From NCBI GenBank assembly GCA_041392305.1, contig JAWKMJ010000010.1, positions 29,879 through 93,878 of the forward strand: a stretch of DNA of 64,000 bases, given 5' to 3'. This document shows positions 7,804 through 17,692 of the stretch, piece after piece. Each line of letters begins with the position of its first letter. Positions within the stretch are counted from its first letter, which is position 1. This stretch comes from Crocinitomicaceae bacterium. GTDB lineage: Bacteria; Bacteroidota; Bacteroidia; Flavobacteriales_D; Crocinitomicaceae. The position numbers and the translations under genes are program-made. Below the pieces are notes generated by a model. It saw nothing but the letters and a program-made list of their open reading frames with translations. It was not told the origin of the DNA and did not search any database.

Positions 7804-10800
7804 ATGTTTAATAGATTTATCAAACGTCCAGCGCTGTCCATCGTAATTTCTCTGCTTATTGTATTTGTAGGGATGCTTTCTCTGAACACGCTTCCAAAAT
7901 CCCAATTCCCTGAAATCGCACCACCTTCTGTACAAGTTCAGGTGTCTTACCCGGGTGCAAGTTCGAAGGTAATGGTACGATCTGTACTAATTCCTCTAGA
8001 ACAAGCAATAAACGGGGTACCAGGTATGAAATATATGTTCTCAACTGCTGAAAGCTCGGGTGAAGGAAACATACAGATCGTTTTCCACAAAGGTTCTGAT
8101 CCAAACCAAGCGGTTGTGAATATCAACAACAGAATTGCTCAGGTAAAAAACAGGCTCCCACCAATTGTACAGTTGGAAGGTGTACGTGTTCAAAGGGTAA
8201 TGCCCAACATGTTAATGTATGTCAATTTGTACAGCAAGGATACAAGTGCTGCGGATATGAATTACATCTTCAACTATGCCTATATCCAAATGATGCCAGA
8301 ATTGCAACGTTTGGAAGGTGTAGGGCAGGCAAGAATTCTAGGAAGCCGCCAATATGCCATGAGAATTTGGTTAAAGCCAGATCGTTTAAGAGCCTACAAT
8401 ATCGGAACAGATGAAGTTATGGAGGCTTTAAATGAACAAAGTATTATTGGTTCTCCAGGTCGTATTGGTCGGGCCGATAGTAAGCGATCTCAAGCAATGG
8501 AGTATGTATTGACATATCCGGGACGTTTCAATACGCCTGAACAGTACGAAAACGTGATAATTCGCGCAACACCGGATGGAGAAGTGTTGAAATTAAAAGA
8601 TGTGGCTACCGTCGAACTAGGATCAGAGTATTACGATATTTATTCCAATAAAGACGAGTATCCTTCTGCAGCAATTATGCTGAAACAAACCTATGGAAGT
8701 AACGCAATCGAAGTAATTGATCGAATCAAGGAAAAATTGGAGGAAATGAAAAAGGACTTTCCTCCCGGAATGGATTTTGAAATCAGTTATGATGTTTCGA
8801 ATTTCTTGGATGCTTCTATAGAAGAGGTAACGCATACGTTACGAGATGCGTTTATTCTTGTTGCTTTGGTTGTATTCATTTTCCTTGGGGATTGGCGCTC
8901 TACATTGATACCTATTCTTGCGGTTCCAATCTCCTTAATTGGAGCATTTTTTGTAATTCAGGCATTCGGACTTACCATCAACCTGATTACTCTATTTGCT
9001 CTGGTACTGGCAATTGGTATTGTAGTGGATGATGCGATTGTCACGTGGAGGCAGTTCATGCTAAAATGGAAGAAGAGCATCTCGTCCATACAATGCTGTA
9101 AAAAAGGTTTTGGGCGAAATTAGTGGGGCGATTATCGCGATAACCCTTTGATGGCTTCGGTATTCATTCTGTAACTTTTATGTCAGGTCCGGTGGGGATT
9201 TTTTATCGACAGTTCTCCATAACAATGGCATCTTCCATTATTCTATCTGGAATTGTCGCGCTTACAGTTACTCCGGTTCTTTGCGCAATTATTCTAAGAG
9301 ATACGCACGCAAAACCTAGAAAGAGACATTTGCTCAATCGTTTTTCTTGACGGCTCTGGTCAGCCGCTGGACAAACCAATCAGAGGTTGCGGAACTGCTT
9401 CGTAAGATTGTTGATCGGAGATTGGTGACGATGATTATGCTCTTCGTTTTCGGATATGAATCTTTCAGGTAACTCAATCTTTGCTTCCGGATCTGTTCCT
9501 GCAGAGGATCAAGGGATGATATATGCTGTTGTTCAAACGCCTCCGGGTTCTACTTTAGAGAGAACCTATGAAGAGTCAGGTTACAAGGAGGACTGCAAAA
9601 GCAGAAGTAGACGAGACGGTGGGAGGTCTGTTTCTTCTCTGGCAGGTTTTGAGATCTTAACCCAAGGTCGTGGCTCTACATCAGGGCACACTGCCGGACA
9701 AACTTAGATCCTGAGTGAGAGGGAACATACGGTGAAAGAGATTATGAAGGAATTAGAGGAAAAAAGCCTCAGAAATCTCAGGTGCCAAAGCGTTGAATTC
9801 TTTGATCCGCCAGCGGTTCCAGGTTATGGTGCAGCAGGTGGTTTGCACTTCAGCTTCTAGATAAAAACAAAACAGTGAAAATTATCGGGAATTCGAGAAG
9901 ATAACCCAAGATTTTATGGATCGACTCGAAAAAAGACCTGAAATTTCAAACCTTTTTACTTTCTACAGCGCCAATTACCCTCAGTATGAATTAGAGATAG
10001 ACAATCAGTTGGCTATGCAGAAAGGAGTTTCGATTGGAAAGGCAATGGAAAACCTCTCCATTTTGATCGGAAGTACCTATGATCTTGGATTCATCAAGTT
10101 TGGTAGATTTTTCAAGGTTTTTGTGCAATCTGATCCTTCCTACCGAAGACTTCCAGAGGATATCATGAAACTTTATGTGAAAAACAAATACGATGAAATG
10201 GTTCCATATTCTTCTTTTATGAAAATCAAGAAGTCTCAGGGAATCTACGAGATTAATAGATACAATATGTATACTACGGCATCAATAAGATGTAATCCAG
10301 CTAAAGGATATAGCTCTGGGGAAGCCATAAAAGCAATTCAGGAAGAGGCTAAATCATTACCCACAGGATATGGAATTGACTGGGCTGGTTTGCAGAAAGA
10401 TGAGGTAGCAAGAGGTAATGAAGCGATTTATATTTTCTTAATTGTATTGGCATTTGTTTACCTGGTTCTTGTTGCTCAATACGAGAGTTTTATCATTCCT
10501 TGGGCGGTTGTACTTTCTTTGCCAGCAGGTGTTTTTGGATCTTTCTTGTTAATTAAAATGATGGGATTGGCTAATGATATCTATGCTCAAATTGGATTGG
10601 TCATGCTGGTTGGATTACTAGGGAAAAATGCTGTACTGATTGTGGAATTTGCAGTTCAAAAACAACAGCAAGGTTCTACTGTCCTAGAAGCAGCTATTGA
10701 AGGAGCCAGGGTTCGATTTAGACCCATTTTAATGACCTCCTTTGCCTTTATTGCAGGATTGATTCCATTAGTAATGGCCCATGGTCCTGGTGCTATTGGG

Positions 10801-10980
10801 AACCGAACAATTGGTTCGTCCGCTCTAGGAGGCATGTTGTTTGGGACTGTATTTGGAGTGATTATCGTTCCAGGACTGTATTACATTTTTGGAAAAATCG
10901 CAGAAGGAAGAAAATTGATTAAGGATGAAGATTTTGATCCGCTAACTGAAGAACATGAAAGTGATGAAAACAATAGATAG
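7804..10980 (+). pseudogene. RND efflux permease (AcrB/MexB family) interrupted by many frameshifts between about 9040 and 9890
   Basis: ORFs 7804..9123, 9456..9707 and 9916..10980 are consecutive pieces of one permease of about 1060 aa. Conserved text (VVDDAIV / VEAVHAKMEEEHL / PYNAVKKVLGEISGAIIAIT / VTFMSGPVGIFYRQFSITMASSIILSGIVALTVTPVLCAI / PAEDQGMIYAVVQTPPGSTLERT / EFFDPPAVPGYGAAGG / EFEKITQDFMDRLEKRPEI) can only be read by hopping frames. Confidence 0.85.
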
Positions 10981-12424
10981 AAGATTAGTTTATAGTATAA
11001 TCGGGATGGCTGTATTTGCCATCCTGATTAACTCTTGTGGAATTCCGAAAATTGCAGTAAAAGATGAGAATAAAAATGTACCAACCTCTTTTAATGGTGC
11101 TTTGGATTCATCAATTGTTCTTGATTCTACAAATTCTGCAGACATTCAATGGAGAGATTTCTTCAAGGATACTTGTCTGATCGCTCTGATAGATACCGCG
11201 TTAAAAAACAATATGGAATTGAATATCACAATCGCGGAAATCACCGCTGCCAATTCCGAAATTTTAAGAGCTAAAGGTGAAATATTACCGGATTTGAATC
11301 TTAGGGTAGGAGCAGGTATTGAAAAAGTAGGTCGTCACACTAGTCAAGGAGCTGCTGATGATATGTCCGAAATTGCAGATGGAAAGAAAACACCAGAGCA
11401 TCTACCAGATTTCGGCGTTGGATTAGAGTCTTCATGGGAAATTGATATTTGGCGAAAACTTCGGAATGCAAGAGATGCTGCATTGTCAAGATACACTTCA
11501 AGTATTGAAGCAAAGAATTTTATGGTGACCAAATTAGTTTCCGAAATCGCTCATTCTTATTTTGAGTTGATTGCCTTGGATAATCAATTGGAAATTATTC
11601 AGCAAAACTTGGAGATTCAAAGAAATGCTCTGGAGATAGTGAAAATGCAAAAACAGGCTGCCAAAGTTACGGAACTGGCAATTCGAAAATTTGAAGCCGA
11701 GGTACTAAAAAATAGAAGCCGTTTGTTCTATATCAAGCAGAGCATCGTAGAAACTGAAAATAGGATTAATTTCTTAGTAGGGCGATTTCCTCAACCAGTT
11801 CAAAGAAATTCAGGTTCTTTTATGGAACTCACTCCAGATTCAATTTCTACTGGGGTGCCTTCCCAGTTGCTCGAAAATAGACCCGATATCCGAATGGCTG
11901 AGTACAATTTAATCGCTTCAAAATTGGATGTGAAAGTTGCGAAAGCAAAGTTTTTCCCTTCTCTGAGAATTACGCTCGGACTTGGATATAATGCCTTCAA
12001 TTTCAAATACTTCTTTAATACCCCAGCGTCTCTTGCTTATAATATCTTAGGCGATCTGCTTGCTCCTCTCTTAAATCGTGCAGCAATTAAGGCAGAGTAT
12101 ATTTCAGCCAATGCAAGACAGCTTCAAGCAGTTTATGAATATGAAAAATCCATACTGACTGCCTATACGGAAGTCCTGAATAATTTGTCCAAAATCAATA
12201 ATTTGAAACAAAGCTACGATCTGAAATCATTACAGGTTGAAGCTTTGAATAAATCAATTAATGTGGCCAATACTTTGTTTATGTCGGCAAGAGCTGATTA
12301 TATGGAAGTATTATTGACGCAAAGAGATGCTTTAGAAGCTAAAATGGAGTTGATCGAAATTAAACAACAACAATTAAGTGCCGTTGTAAGCATGTATCGA
12401 GTGCTTGGTGGAGGATGGCAATAA
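10955..12424 (+). CDS. efflux outer-membrane factor lipoprotein (TolC/NodT family)
   Basis: 489 aa. Lipobox ILINSCG. Two repeated coiled-coil/barrel halves and a C-terminal LGGGW. It overlaps the permease end by 26 nt. Confidence 0.85.
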   Translation: MKVMKTIDRRLVYSIIGMAVFAILINSCGIPKIAVKDENKNVPTSFNGALDSSIVLDSTNSADIQWRDFFKDTCLIALIDTALKNNMELNITIAEITAANSEILRAKGEILPDLNLRVGAGIEKVGRHTSQGAADDMSEIADGKKTPEHLPDFGVGLESSWEIDIWRKLRNARDAALSRYTSSIEAKNFMVTKLVSEIAHSYFELIALDNQLEIIQQNLEIQRNALEIVKMQKQAAKVTELAIRKFEAEVLKNRSRLFYIKQSIVETENRINFLVGRFPQPVQRNSGSFMELTPDSISTGVPSQLLENRPDIRMAEYNLIASKLDVKVAKAKFFPSLRITLGLGYNAFNFKYFFNTPASLAYNILGDLLAPLLNRAAIKAEYISANARQLQAVYEYEKSILTAYTEVLNNLSKINNLKQSYDLKSLQVEALNKSINVANTLFMSARADYMEVLLTQRDALEAKMELIEIKQQQLSAVVSMYRVLGGGWQ

Positions 12425-12458
12425 GACAGGTTAAGGTTTTATTTAGTTGTAGTAAGTG

Positions 12459-12497
12459 AAAACCGTCAGGGGTCGCCGGATCCAGGGCGGTTTTTTT
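12459..12497 (+). terminator. intrinsic terminator after the efflux operon
   Basis: AAAACCGTC (12459-12467) pairs with GGCGGTTTT (12486-12494), with one G-U pair. It is followed by a T-run through 12497. Confidence 0.6.
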
Positions 12498-12535
12498 CTT
12501 TGAATAGTTTATTGTGTATCAGGATGAATTAAGAG

Positions 12536-12568
12536 AAGAAAAAACCCGGAAACTGTGAGAAACCGGGT
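12536..12568 (-). terminator. intrinsic terminator for the minus-strand TonB-like gene
   Basis: The minus strand reads ACCCGG-TTTCTCACAGTT-TCCGGGT followed by TTTTTTCTTCTC, 32 nt after the stop at 12600. Confidence 0.7.
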
Positions 12569-12599
12569 CGTAGAACAAGTGTCAAAAGTACAGCGCAAT

Positions 12600-12974
12600 C
12601 TATATGAGATCAAACTTAATCGGTAAAATATAGATTGCTTTTTCAGTAGACTTCAACAAATCAGAAGGAAGATTGTGCACGATGTTGAGAGCGGCTTGAT
12701 TTAAACTTGGGTCAGCTTCTTGGATGATTTTTGATGAGGCAATTTTTCCGTTACTGACTTCAAATTCTACAAAAACAATTCCTTCCTTCTTTTGCTGCTT
12801 GGCTATTTCAGGGTATCTGACATTTTGATTGACCCATTCTTGAACTTGTGAAATTGAGTTTTCTACTTGTTTACAAACTTTTGCTTGAAGACTATTAACT
12901 CCAAAACAAAAAATAAATGCTGTGATATAAAATCCTGTTCTCATAATTTGTTGCTTTATAGATTTATAAACCAA
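12600..12974 (-). CDS. TonB C-terminal-domain protein
   Basis: 124 aa. NVRYPEIAKQQKKEGIVFVEFEVSNGKI resembles the TonB_C fold. The start may be the internal MRTGFYITAF. Confidence 0.55.
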   Translation of the reverse strand: MVYKSIKQQIMRTGFYITAFIFCFGVNSLQAKVCKQVENSISQVQEWVNQNVRYPEIAKQQKKEGIVFVEFEVSNGKIASSKIIQEADPSLNQAALNIVHNLPSDLLKSTEKAIYILPIKFDLI

Positions 12975-13152
12975 AAATAAGAGGAATGCAAACTGAAAAG
13001 GGGGTGAAAATTGCTATTTTAAATTAAGAATTAAGAATAATTAAGGTTCTAGTTATAAAGTGCTCATCGAAGGATGGGGAAATAATTTTCAACTAGTAAT
13101 CATCTAAAGATCCAAACATCACTAATCGATAGATTTTCACTAACTTCGCTTA

Positions 13153-13608
13153 ATGAGTGCGAATCACATCAATATCAAAAACAAAAGAGCCAAATTTGAA
13201 TACCAATTGGAGGATGAATTTGTGGCTGGTATTCAGTTAACTGGTTCGGAAATCAAATCGATTAGAAATAGTAAAGCGAGTATTGCAGAGGCATATTGTG
13301 TTTTTGTTGAGGATGAATTGTTTGTTCGGAATATGCATGTGGCTGAATATGATAATGCTTCCTATTTGAATCATAAACCTCGGAGAGATCGAAAATTATT
13401 GCTAAAAAGACAAGAATTGGATAAACTTTTTAAAAAGGTTCAGACAAAAGGGTATTCGATTGTACCCACTCATTTATTTATCAATGATGATGGTTTAGCT
13501 AAGTTGCGTATTTACCTAGCAAGTGGTAAAAAATTACATGATAAAAGACAAGATTTGAAACAAAAAGATGCCAAAAGAGAGATGGATAGGGCCATCAAAG
13601 CAAACTAA
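13153..13608 (+). CDS. smpB: SsrA-binding protein
   Basis: 151 aa. KNKRAKFEYQLEDEFVAGIQLTGSEIKSIR and a basic C-terminal tail are characteristic of SmpB. Confidence 0.9.
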   Translation: MSANHINIKNKRAKFEYQLEDEFVAGIQLTGSEIKSIRNSKASIAEAYCVFVEDELFVRNMHVAEYDNASYLNHKPRRDRKLLLKRQELDKLFKKVQTKGYSIVPTHLFINDDGLAKLRIYLASGKKLHDKRQDLKQKDAKREMDRAIKAN

Positions 13609-13733
13609 TATTTTGAAATCCAATTTAAATTTATTATTATTGTAATTACAAATCAAAAAACTAATTGCGTATAGATACATTTCTACTCTTGAAAATTTAG
13701 ATTAATTAGTAACCACTAAAAGGAGGGTAGATT

Positions 13734-14330
13734 ATGGATTTCGCTAAACTTGATGATCAGCAATTAGTTAAGCTGTATATTTCTGGAAACGAAGGGGCGT
13801 TTGAGGTTTTGATCTTAAGACACAAGAACCGCGTTTACAATTACATCTTTATGATGGTAAAAAACGAGGCCCTAACCGAAGACATTTTTCAGGATGCTTT
13901 TATTAAAATTATTAAAACTCTTAAAGGAGGAAGATACAACGAGGAAGGTAAATTTCTTCCCTGGGTAATGCGCATTTGTCACAACCTGGTAATCGATCAT
14001 TTTAGGAAGAATAAGAAAATGAGATTGATTTCAGAGTCTTCTTCGAAAAATGAGGATTTCAACATCTTTGACATTCTTCCACTCTCAGATTCCAATGTTG
14101 AGGATGAGATTGTTTTAGATGAAATAGCTACGCATTTAGAGACTTTGGTTGCAACTTTACCTGAGTCACAAAGAAAGGTGGTGGAAATGAGAATCTATAA
14201 GGGAATGTCGTTTAAAGATATTGCTGAAGAAGAAGATATCTCAATTAACACAGCCTTGGGACGTATGCGTTACGCTTTGATTAATTTGAGGAGAATCATC
14301 GAAGAAAAAGATATTACAGTAATTTCTTAA
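13734..14330 (+). CDS. RNA polymerase sigma-70 family (ECF-type) sigma factor
   Basis: 198 aa. Region 2 (EDIFQDAFIKI...FLPWVMRICHNLVIDHFRK) and region 4 HTH (MSFKDIAEEEDISINTALGRMRYA). Confidence 0.8.
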   Translation: MDFAKLDDQQLVKLYISGNEGAFEVLILRHKNRVYNYIFMMVKNEALTEDIFQDAFIKIIKTLKGGRYNEEGKFLPWVMRICHNLVIDHFRKNKKMRLISESSSKNEDFNIFDILPLSDSNVEDEIVLDEIATHLETLVATLPESQRKVVEMRIYKGMSFKDIAEEEDISINTALGRMRYALINLRRIIEEKDITVIS

Positions 14331-14354
14331 TAGTTTCAATACCGATAATAGATG

Positions 14355-14390
14355 AACCCGTTGACCCAGTTGTTGACGGGTTTTCTTTTT
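14355..14390 (+). terminator. intrinsic terminator after the sigma factor gene
   Basis: AACCCGT ... ACGGGTT stem followed by TTCTTTTT. Confidence 0.6.
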
Positions 14391-14424
14391 ACTTCTTTCC
14401 TGAACTTTTTTTCTAAGACTATGT

Positions 14425-15204
14425 TTGAATAGTATGATTGAAATTAGGAGATTAAACATGGATAATTCCTGGTGGTTGAATTTGAATGGTATCAAAATTC
14501 TAGTGGATCCATGGCTTACAGGTGTGGAGGTGGATTATTTTCCATGGTTCAATACTCAGTGGCATCGGACTCCTCCAATAGCATTTGAAGATGTTCCGGA
14601 ATATGATTTCGTTTTGATTACACAAAAATACCCAGATCATTTTCATAAAGAAACCCTCGGAAAGTTGTCTCCACAAATAATAATTGGACCTAAATCCATT
14701 TCCAAATCAGTAAAAAGAATACTTCCTGATGTTCGTTTCCATCCTTTTGAAAAAGAATTAGACTTCCTAGGTTTAAAGGGTTTTAAAATTCATCATTTAC
14801 CAACAAAAAGAAAAATTGATCCGATTTATGATGGATTGATTCTCGAGGATGGAAAAAATGCTGTATTTCTTGCCACTCATGGATTTAAATTGGATAGTAA
14901 AATGAAGGAACTGATTTCATCTCTGCCCAATTTTGATCTTTTATTAACTCCTTTCAATCGGTACAAACTACCCGTTTTTCTCGGAGGAGAGGTTTCACCG
15001 GGATTAGAAAGTGTAAAGCAGCTTTTAAGAGATCTGAATCCAAAATTTGTGGCAGCTACTCATGATGAGAATAAATTTGCTAAAGGAATTGTTTCTAAGT
15101 TTGCTAAAATCACATGGTCACCCTCTAAAGAAGATTTAATCAAAATTCCAGAGTTCAATTCAAAATATTTAGTTTTGGAAAATTATCAAACTCAAATTTT
15201 ATGA
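14425..15204 (+). CDS. MBL-fold metallo-hydrolase-like protein
   Basis: 259 aa. Overall beta-lactamase-fold pattern (LITQKYPDHFH, FLATHG, AATHDE). The start is uncertain, with alternatives at 14434 or 14458. Confidence 0.5.
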   Translation: MNSMIEIRRLNMDNSWWLNLNGIKILVDPWLTGVEVDYFPWFNTQWHRTPPIAFEDVPEYDFVLITQKYPDHFHKETLGKLSPQIIIGPKSISKSVKRILPDVRFHPFEKELDFLGLKGFKIHHLPTKRKIDPIYDGLILEDGKNAVFLATHGFKLDSKMKELISSLPNFDLLLTPFNRYKLPVFLGGEVSPGLESVKQLLRDLNPKFVAATHDENKFAKGIVSKFAKITWSPSKEDLIKIPEFNSKYLVLENYQTQIL

Positions 15205-16061
15205 CAAACAAACAAAAAGCCTTATTGGAAATTACGCTCATCTACGTCATTATTGCAATGGCAGGTATCTTTTCGTACAAATTTATACAAACAACTTCAA
15301 TTATTTTGGATTTCTTAATTGCAGACTTTGTTATGACAGGGGTCGCATTTGTATTTAGTTTGATAAAGAAAAATAGCTCGGTGTATGATGCTTATTGGAG
15401 TGTTATTCCTTTCTATTTTGTTTTAGTTTTTGCAGTGGAATTATACCAATATTTGGATTGGAAACAATGGCTGGTTTTTGCAGTAATTTCTTTATGGTCA
15501 TGGCGCTTAACTTTAAGTTGGGCTCGAGGTTGGGCAGGATTTCATCATGAAGATTTTAGGTATGTTGATCTTGCAAAACAATCTGGTAAATTATATCCAG
15601 TTGTAAATTTTCTTGGGATTCATTTGTTTCCAACCTTAATGGTTTTTGCCTGTTTCTGGCCTGTTTTTTCTGTTGTTGGACCTTCGCCTAAATTCGAATG
15701 GATGCTTTTTTTGGGGGTGATGGTTTCTCTGTCAGGGATTTGGTTCGAGTTTCAAGGAGATAATGAATTGGCTAAATTTAGAAAACGACCGAATCCTAAA
15801 ACAGAAGATCTTTTGGATACTGGAATTTGGAGCAAAAGTCGAAATCCAAATTATTTAGGGGAAATGCTGTTTTGGACTGGTGTTTTTCTCTCCGGATTAG
15901 CATACAATGCACCCTGGTATACGAGTACAGGAGTTATTGCTTTGATTCTAATGTTTCTCTTTATTTCTATACCGATGAAAGATAAAAGAATGGCAGAACG
16001 TAGATCGGGTTATCTAGAATACAAGAAAAATGTTCCTAAGCTATTCCCTAAACTCTTTTAA
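15201..16061 (+). CDS. DUF1295 / steroid 5-alpha-reductase-like membrane protein
   Basis: 286 aa polytopic protein. WSKSRNPNYLGEMLFWTGVFL is the DUF1295 signature. There is a 4-nt overlap with the upstream gene. Confidence 0.7.
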   Translation: MTNKQKALLEITLIYVIIAMAGIFSYKFIQTTSIILDFLIADFVMTGVAFVFSLIKKNSSVYDAYWSVIPFYFVLVFAVELYQYLDWKQWLVFAVISLWSWRLTLSWARGWAGFHHEDFRYVDLAKQSGKLYPVVNFLGIHLFPTLMVFACFWPVFSVVGPSPKFEWMLFLGVMVSLSGIWFEFQGDNELAKFRKRPNPKTEDLLDTGIWSKSRNPNYLGEMLFWTGVFLSGLAYNAPWYTSTGVIALILMFLFISIPMKDKRMAERRSGYLEYKKNVPKLFPKLF

Positions 16062-16170
16062 TAAGTTCTTATTTGTTGTTTAAAAACTAGTATGTCGATT
16101 TAAGAAAGTATTTTTCTACTTTAGCTGAGGATTTATTTTTTTTGAACTATAATTATAAAAGCAATCAACT

Positions 16171-16869
16171 ATGAAACAATTCCTTTTACTTTTCACTTTC
16201 TCTTTTTATTTTGGATTTTCTTTCTCCCAATCACATAGTGGGTCTGAAATCGCAGAAAGAAATCCTACAATTTACGACTATTCTGGTACGGGTGTTGAAT
16301 TACATATTGTGGCAGGAGAGTCAACTATATGGGGTGTTTGCGATATCGACGGCAAGCAAGATTCTATAAAGTTTGGAAGCTTTTTAATGAACGATATTGC
16401 AATATACCTTAAGAATGGTAATATTATTCAGGGAAAGACGAAAACCTTTGACGAACTCTCTCTTAAATTGGTGAACAAGGTTTATAAAAAACTTGAAAAC
16501 CTAGAGTTGAAGTTGGTGAATAAAGACAAAAGTAGAAACTTACTTGCAGCGGATCAAACGAAATACACTGAGGAAAGCGGTATCGCCATTTATCAGATCG
16601 ATGATAATACTATTCAATTTTATGTATTTTGGCAAGAAAGAAAGAATTTAAATGTGAGTTCAAATTTTCAATCATTTATAGGGACAGCAAAGAAGTCCGG
16701 ATCAAATGGAGTTTACAAATCTTTGGATTACCTGGTTCCTGAAATGCCCGAGTTGAATGCAACTTTATTCATCGATGTAAAAAAAGACCAGATAGATTTT
16801 TGGGTCGATACGGATATCCCAACACAAAGAGGTGGTTTGGAAAAAAATGAAAAACTAACCTTTAAATAA
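16171..16869 (+). CDS. hypothetical secreted protein
   Basis: 232 aa with signal peptide MKQFLLLFTFSFYFGFSFSQ. Confidence 0.5.
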   Translation: MKQFLLLFTFSFYFGFSFSQSHSGSEIAERNPTIYDYSGTGVELHIVAGESTIWGVCDIDGKQDSIKFGSFLMNDIAIYLKNGNIIQGKTKTFDELSLKLVNKVYKKLENLELKLVNKDKSRNLLAADQTKYTEESGIAIYQIDDNTIQFYVFWQERKNLNVSSNFQSFIGTAKKSGSNGVYKSLDYLVPEMPELNATLFIDVKKDQIDFWVDTDIPTQRGGLEKNEKLTFK

Positions 16870-17070
16870 TTATCAAAGGATAGGTACCTTGTGTAGAAAG
16901 GACTTATCGGTGAACTTTTTTTATTTGGTATTTTCTTCACTTATCTCAAAGGTTTAGAATAGGTGCTTTATACGAATAAGTCCATTTTACAGAGCTAGAT
17001 ACTCACTTAAACCAACCGTAGAATAAATATCTCAAAAAATAATTTAGAATTTGATTATCTTAAGGGCATC

Positions 17071-17658
17071 ATGACTATGACTAGAATCTTGCCCTTATTT
17101 TTATTCTGCGCTTTTGTTTTTTCCGGACAATTTAGTTTAGCACAAATGGATTCTTCTGATTACATCGTTATTGTAAGATTAAAAACAGCTAAAAATCAAA
17201 TTCGTGCCGCTGAGGAATCTGGAAATGATGCGCTAGCTAAGACCTTAAGATTAGAAACCATAGGAACCAATAAGGAAATAGTTCGCTCTTTTCGGAAATA
17301 CCTAGGGGATCGTGTCTTTTTTATTTATTCTTCCGAATACAAGAAATTAAAAGAAGGGGATACGCAAGGTATTTTTTTGAGTGATAGTTTAGTTCGAGAA
17401 TCTTCCATTCAGCCGAATTTAGATAATTTTTACCTTGCCTTTTGGGGAAATTCACCAGGAACTGGGATGAATGTGATTATGCTTTTAGATCAGGATTTTA
17501 ATGAGACAGAAATTTGGGTAAGAACTTTTGGGATTACACCTTCAAATTTCAAAAGAATAGATCCTCAAGTAAAGAAATTCTGTGATAAGATTTCAGAAAA
17601 AATACCTATTTACTTAAGGAAAAAAGAAAGAATAGAACAAAAACAAAAAAAGGGCTGA
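17071..17658 (+). CDS. hypothetical secreted protein
   Basis: 195 aa with signal peptide LPLFLFCAFVFSGQFSLAQ. Confidence 0.5.
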   Translation: MTMTRILPLFLFCAFVFSGQFSLAQMDSSDYIVIVRLKTAKNQIRAAEESGNDALAKTLRLETIGTNKEIVRSFRKYLGDRVFFIYSSEYKKLKEGDTQGIFLSDSLVRESSIQPNLDNFYLAFWGNSPGTGMNVIMLLDQDFNETEIWVRTFGITPSNFKRIDPQVKKFCDKISEKIPIYLRKKERIEQKQKKG

Positions 17659-17670
17659 TTGCTCAGCCCT
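17651..17670. terminator. bidirectional hairpin between convergent genes
   Basis: Perfect 8-bp stem AGGGCTGA/TCAGCCCT with loop TTGC. An A-run lies upstream and TTT downstream. The T-run is stronger for the minus-strand gene. Confidence 0.65.
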
Positions 17671-17692
17671 TTATAAATAATTATAAAAAATT

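Noticed and set aside
9456-9707. Independent 83-aa gene, and 9916..10980 as a separate 354-aa gene.
   Set aside because: Both are fragments of the single RND permease. Their sequences continue AcrB-family motifs across the frame breaks.
13700-13733. Strong Shine-Dalgarno-like AAAGGAGGG before the sigma factor gene, as something unusual for Bacteroidota.
   Set aside because: It is a single occurrence 8 nt before the ATG, which is compatible with an ordinary ribosome-binding site and is not evidence of foreign origin on its own.
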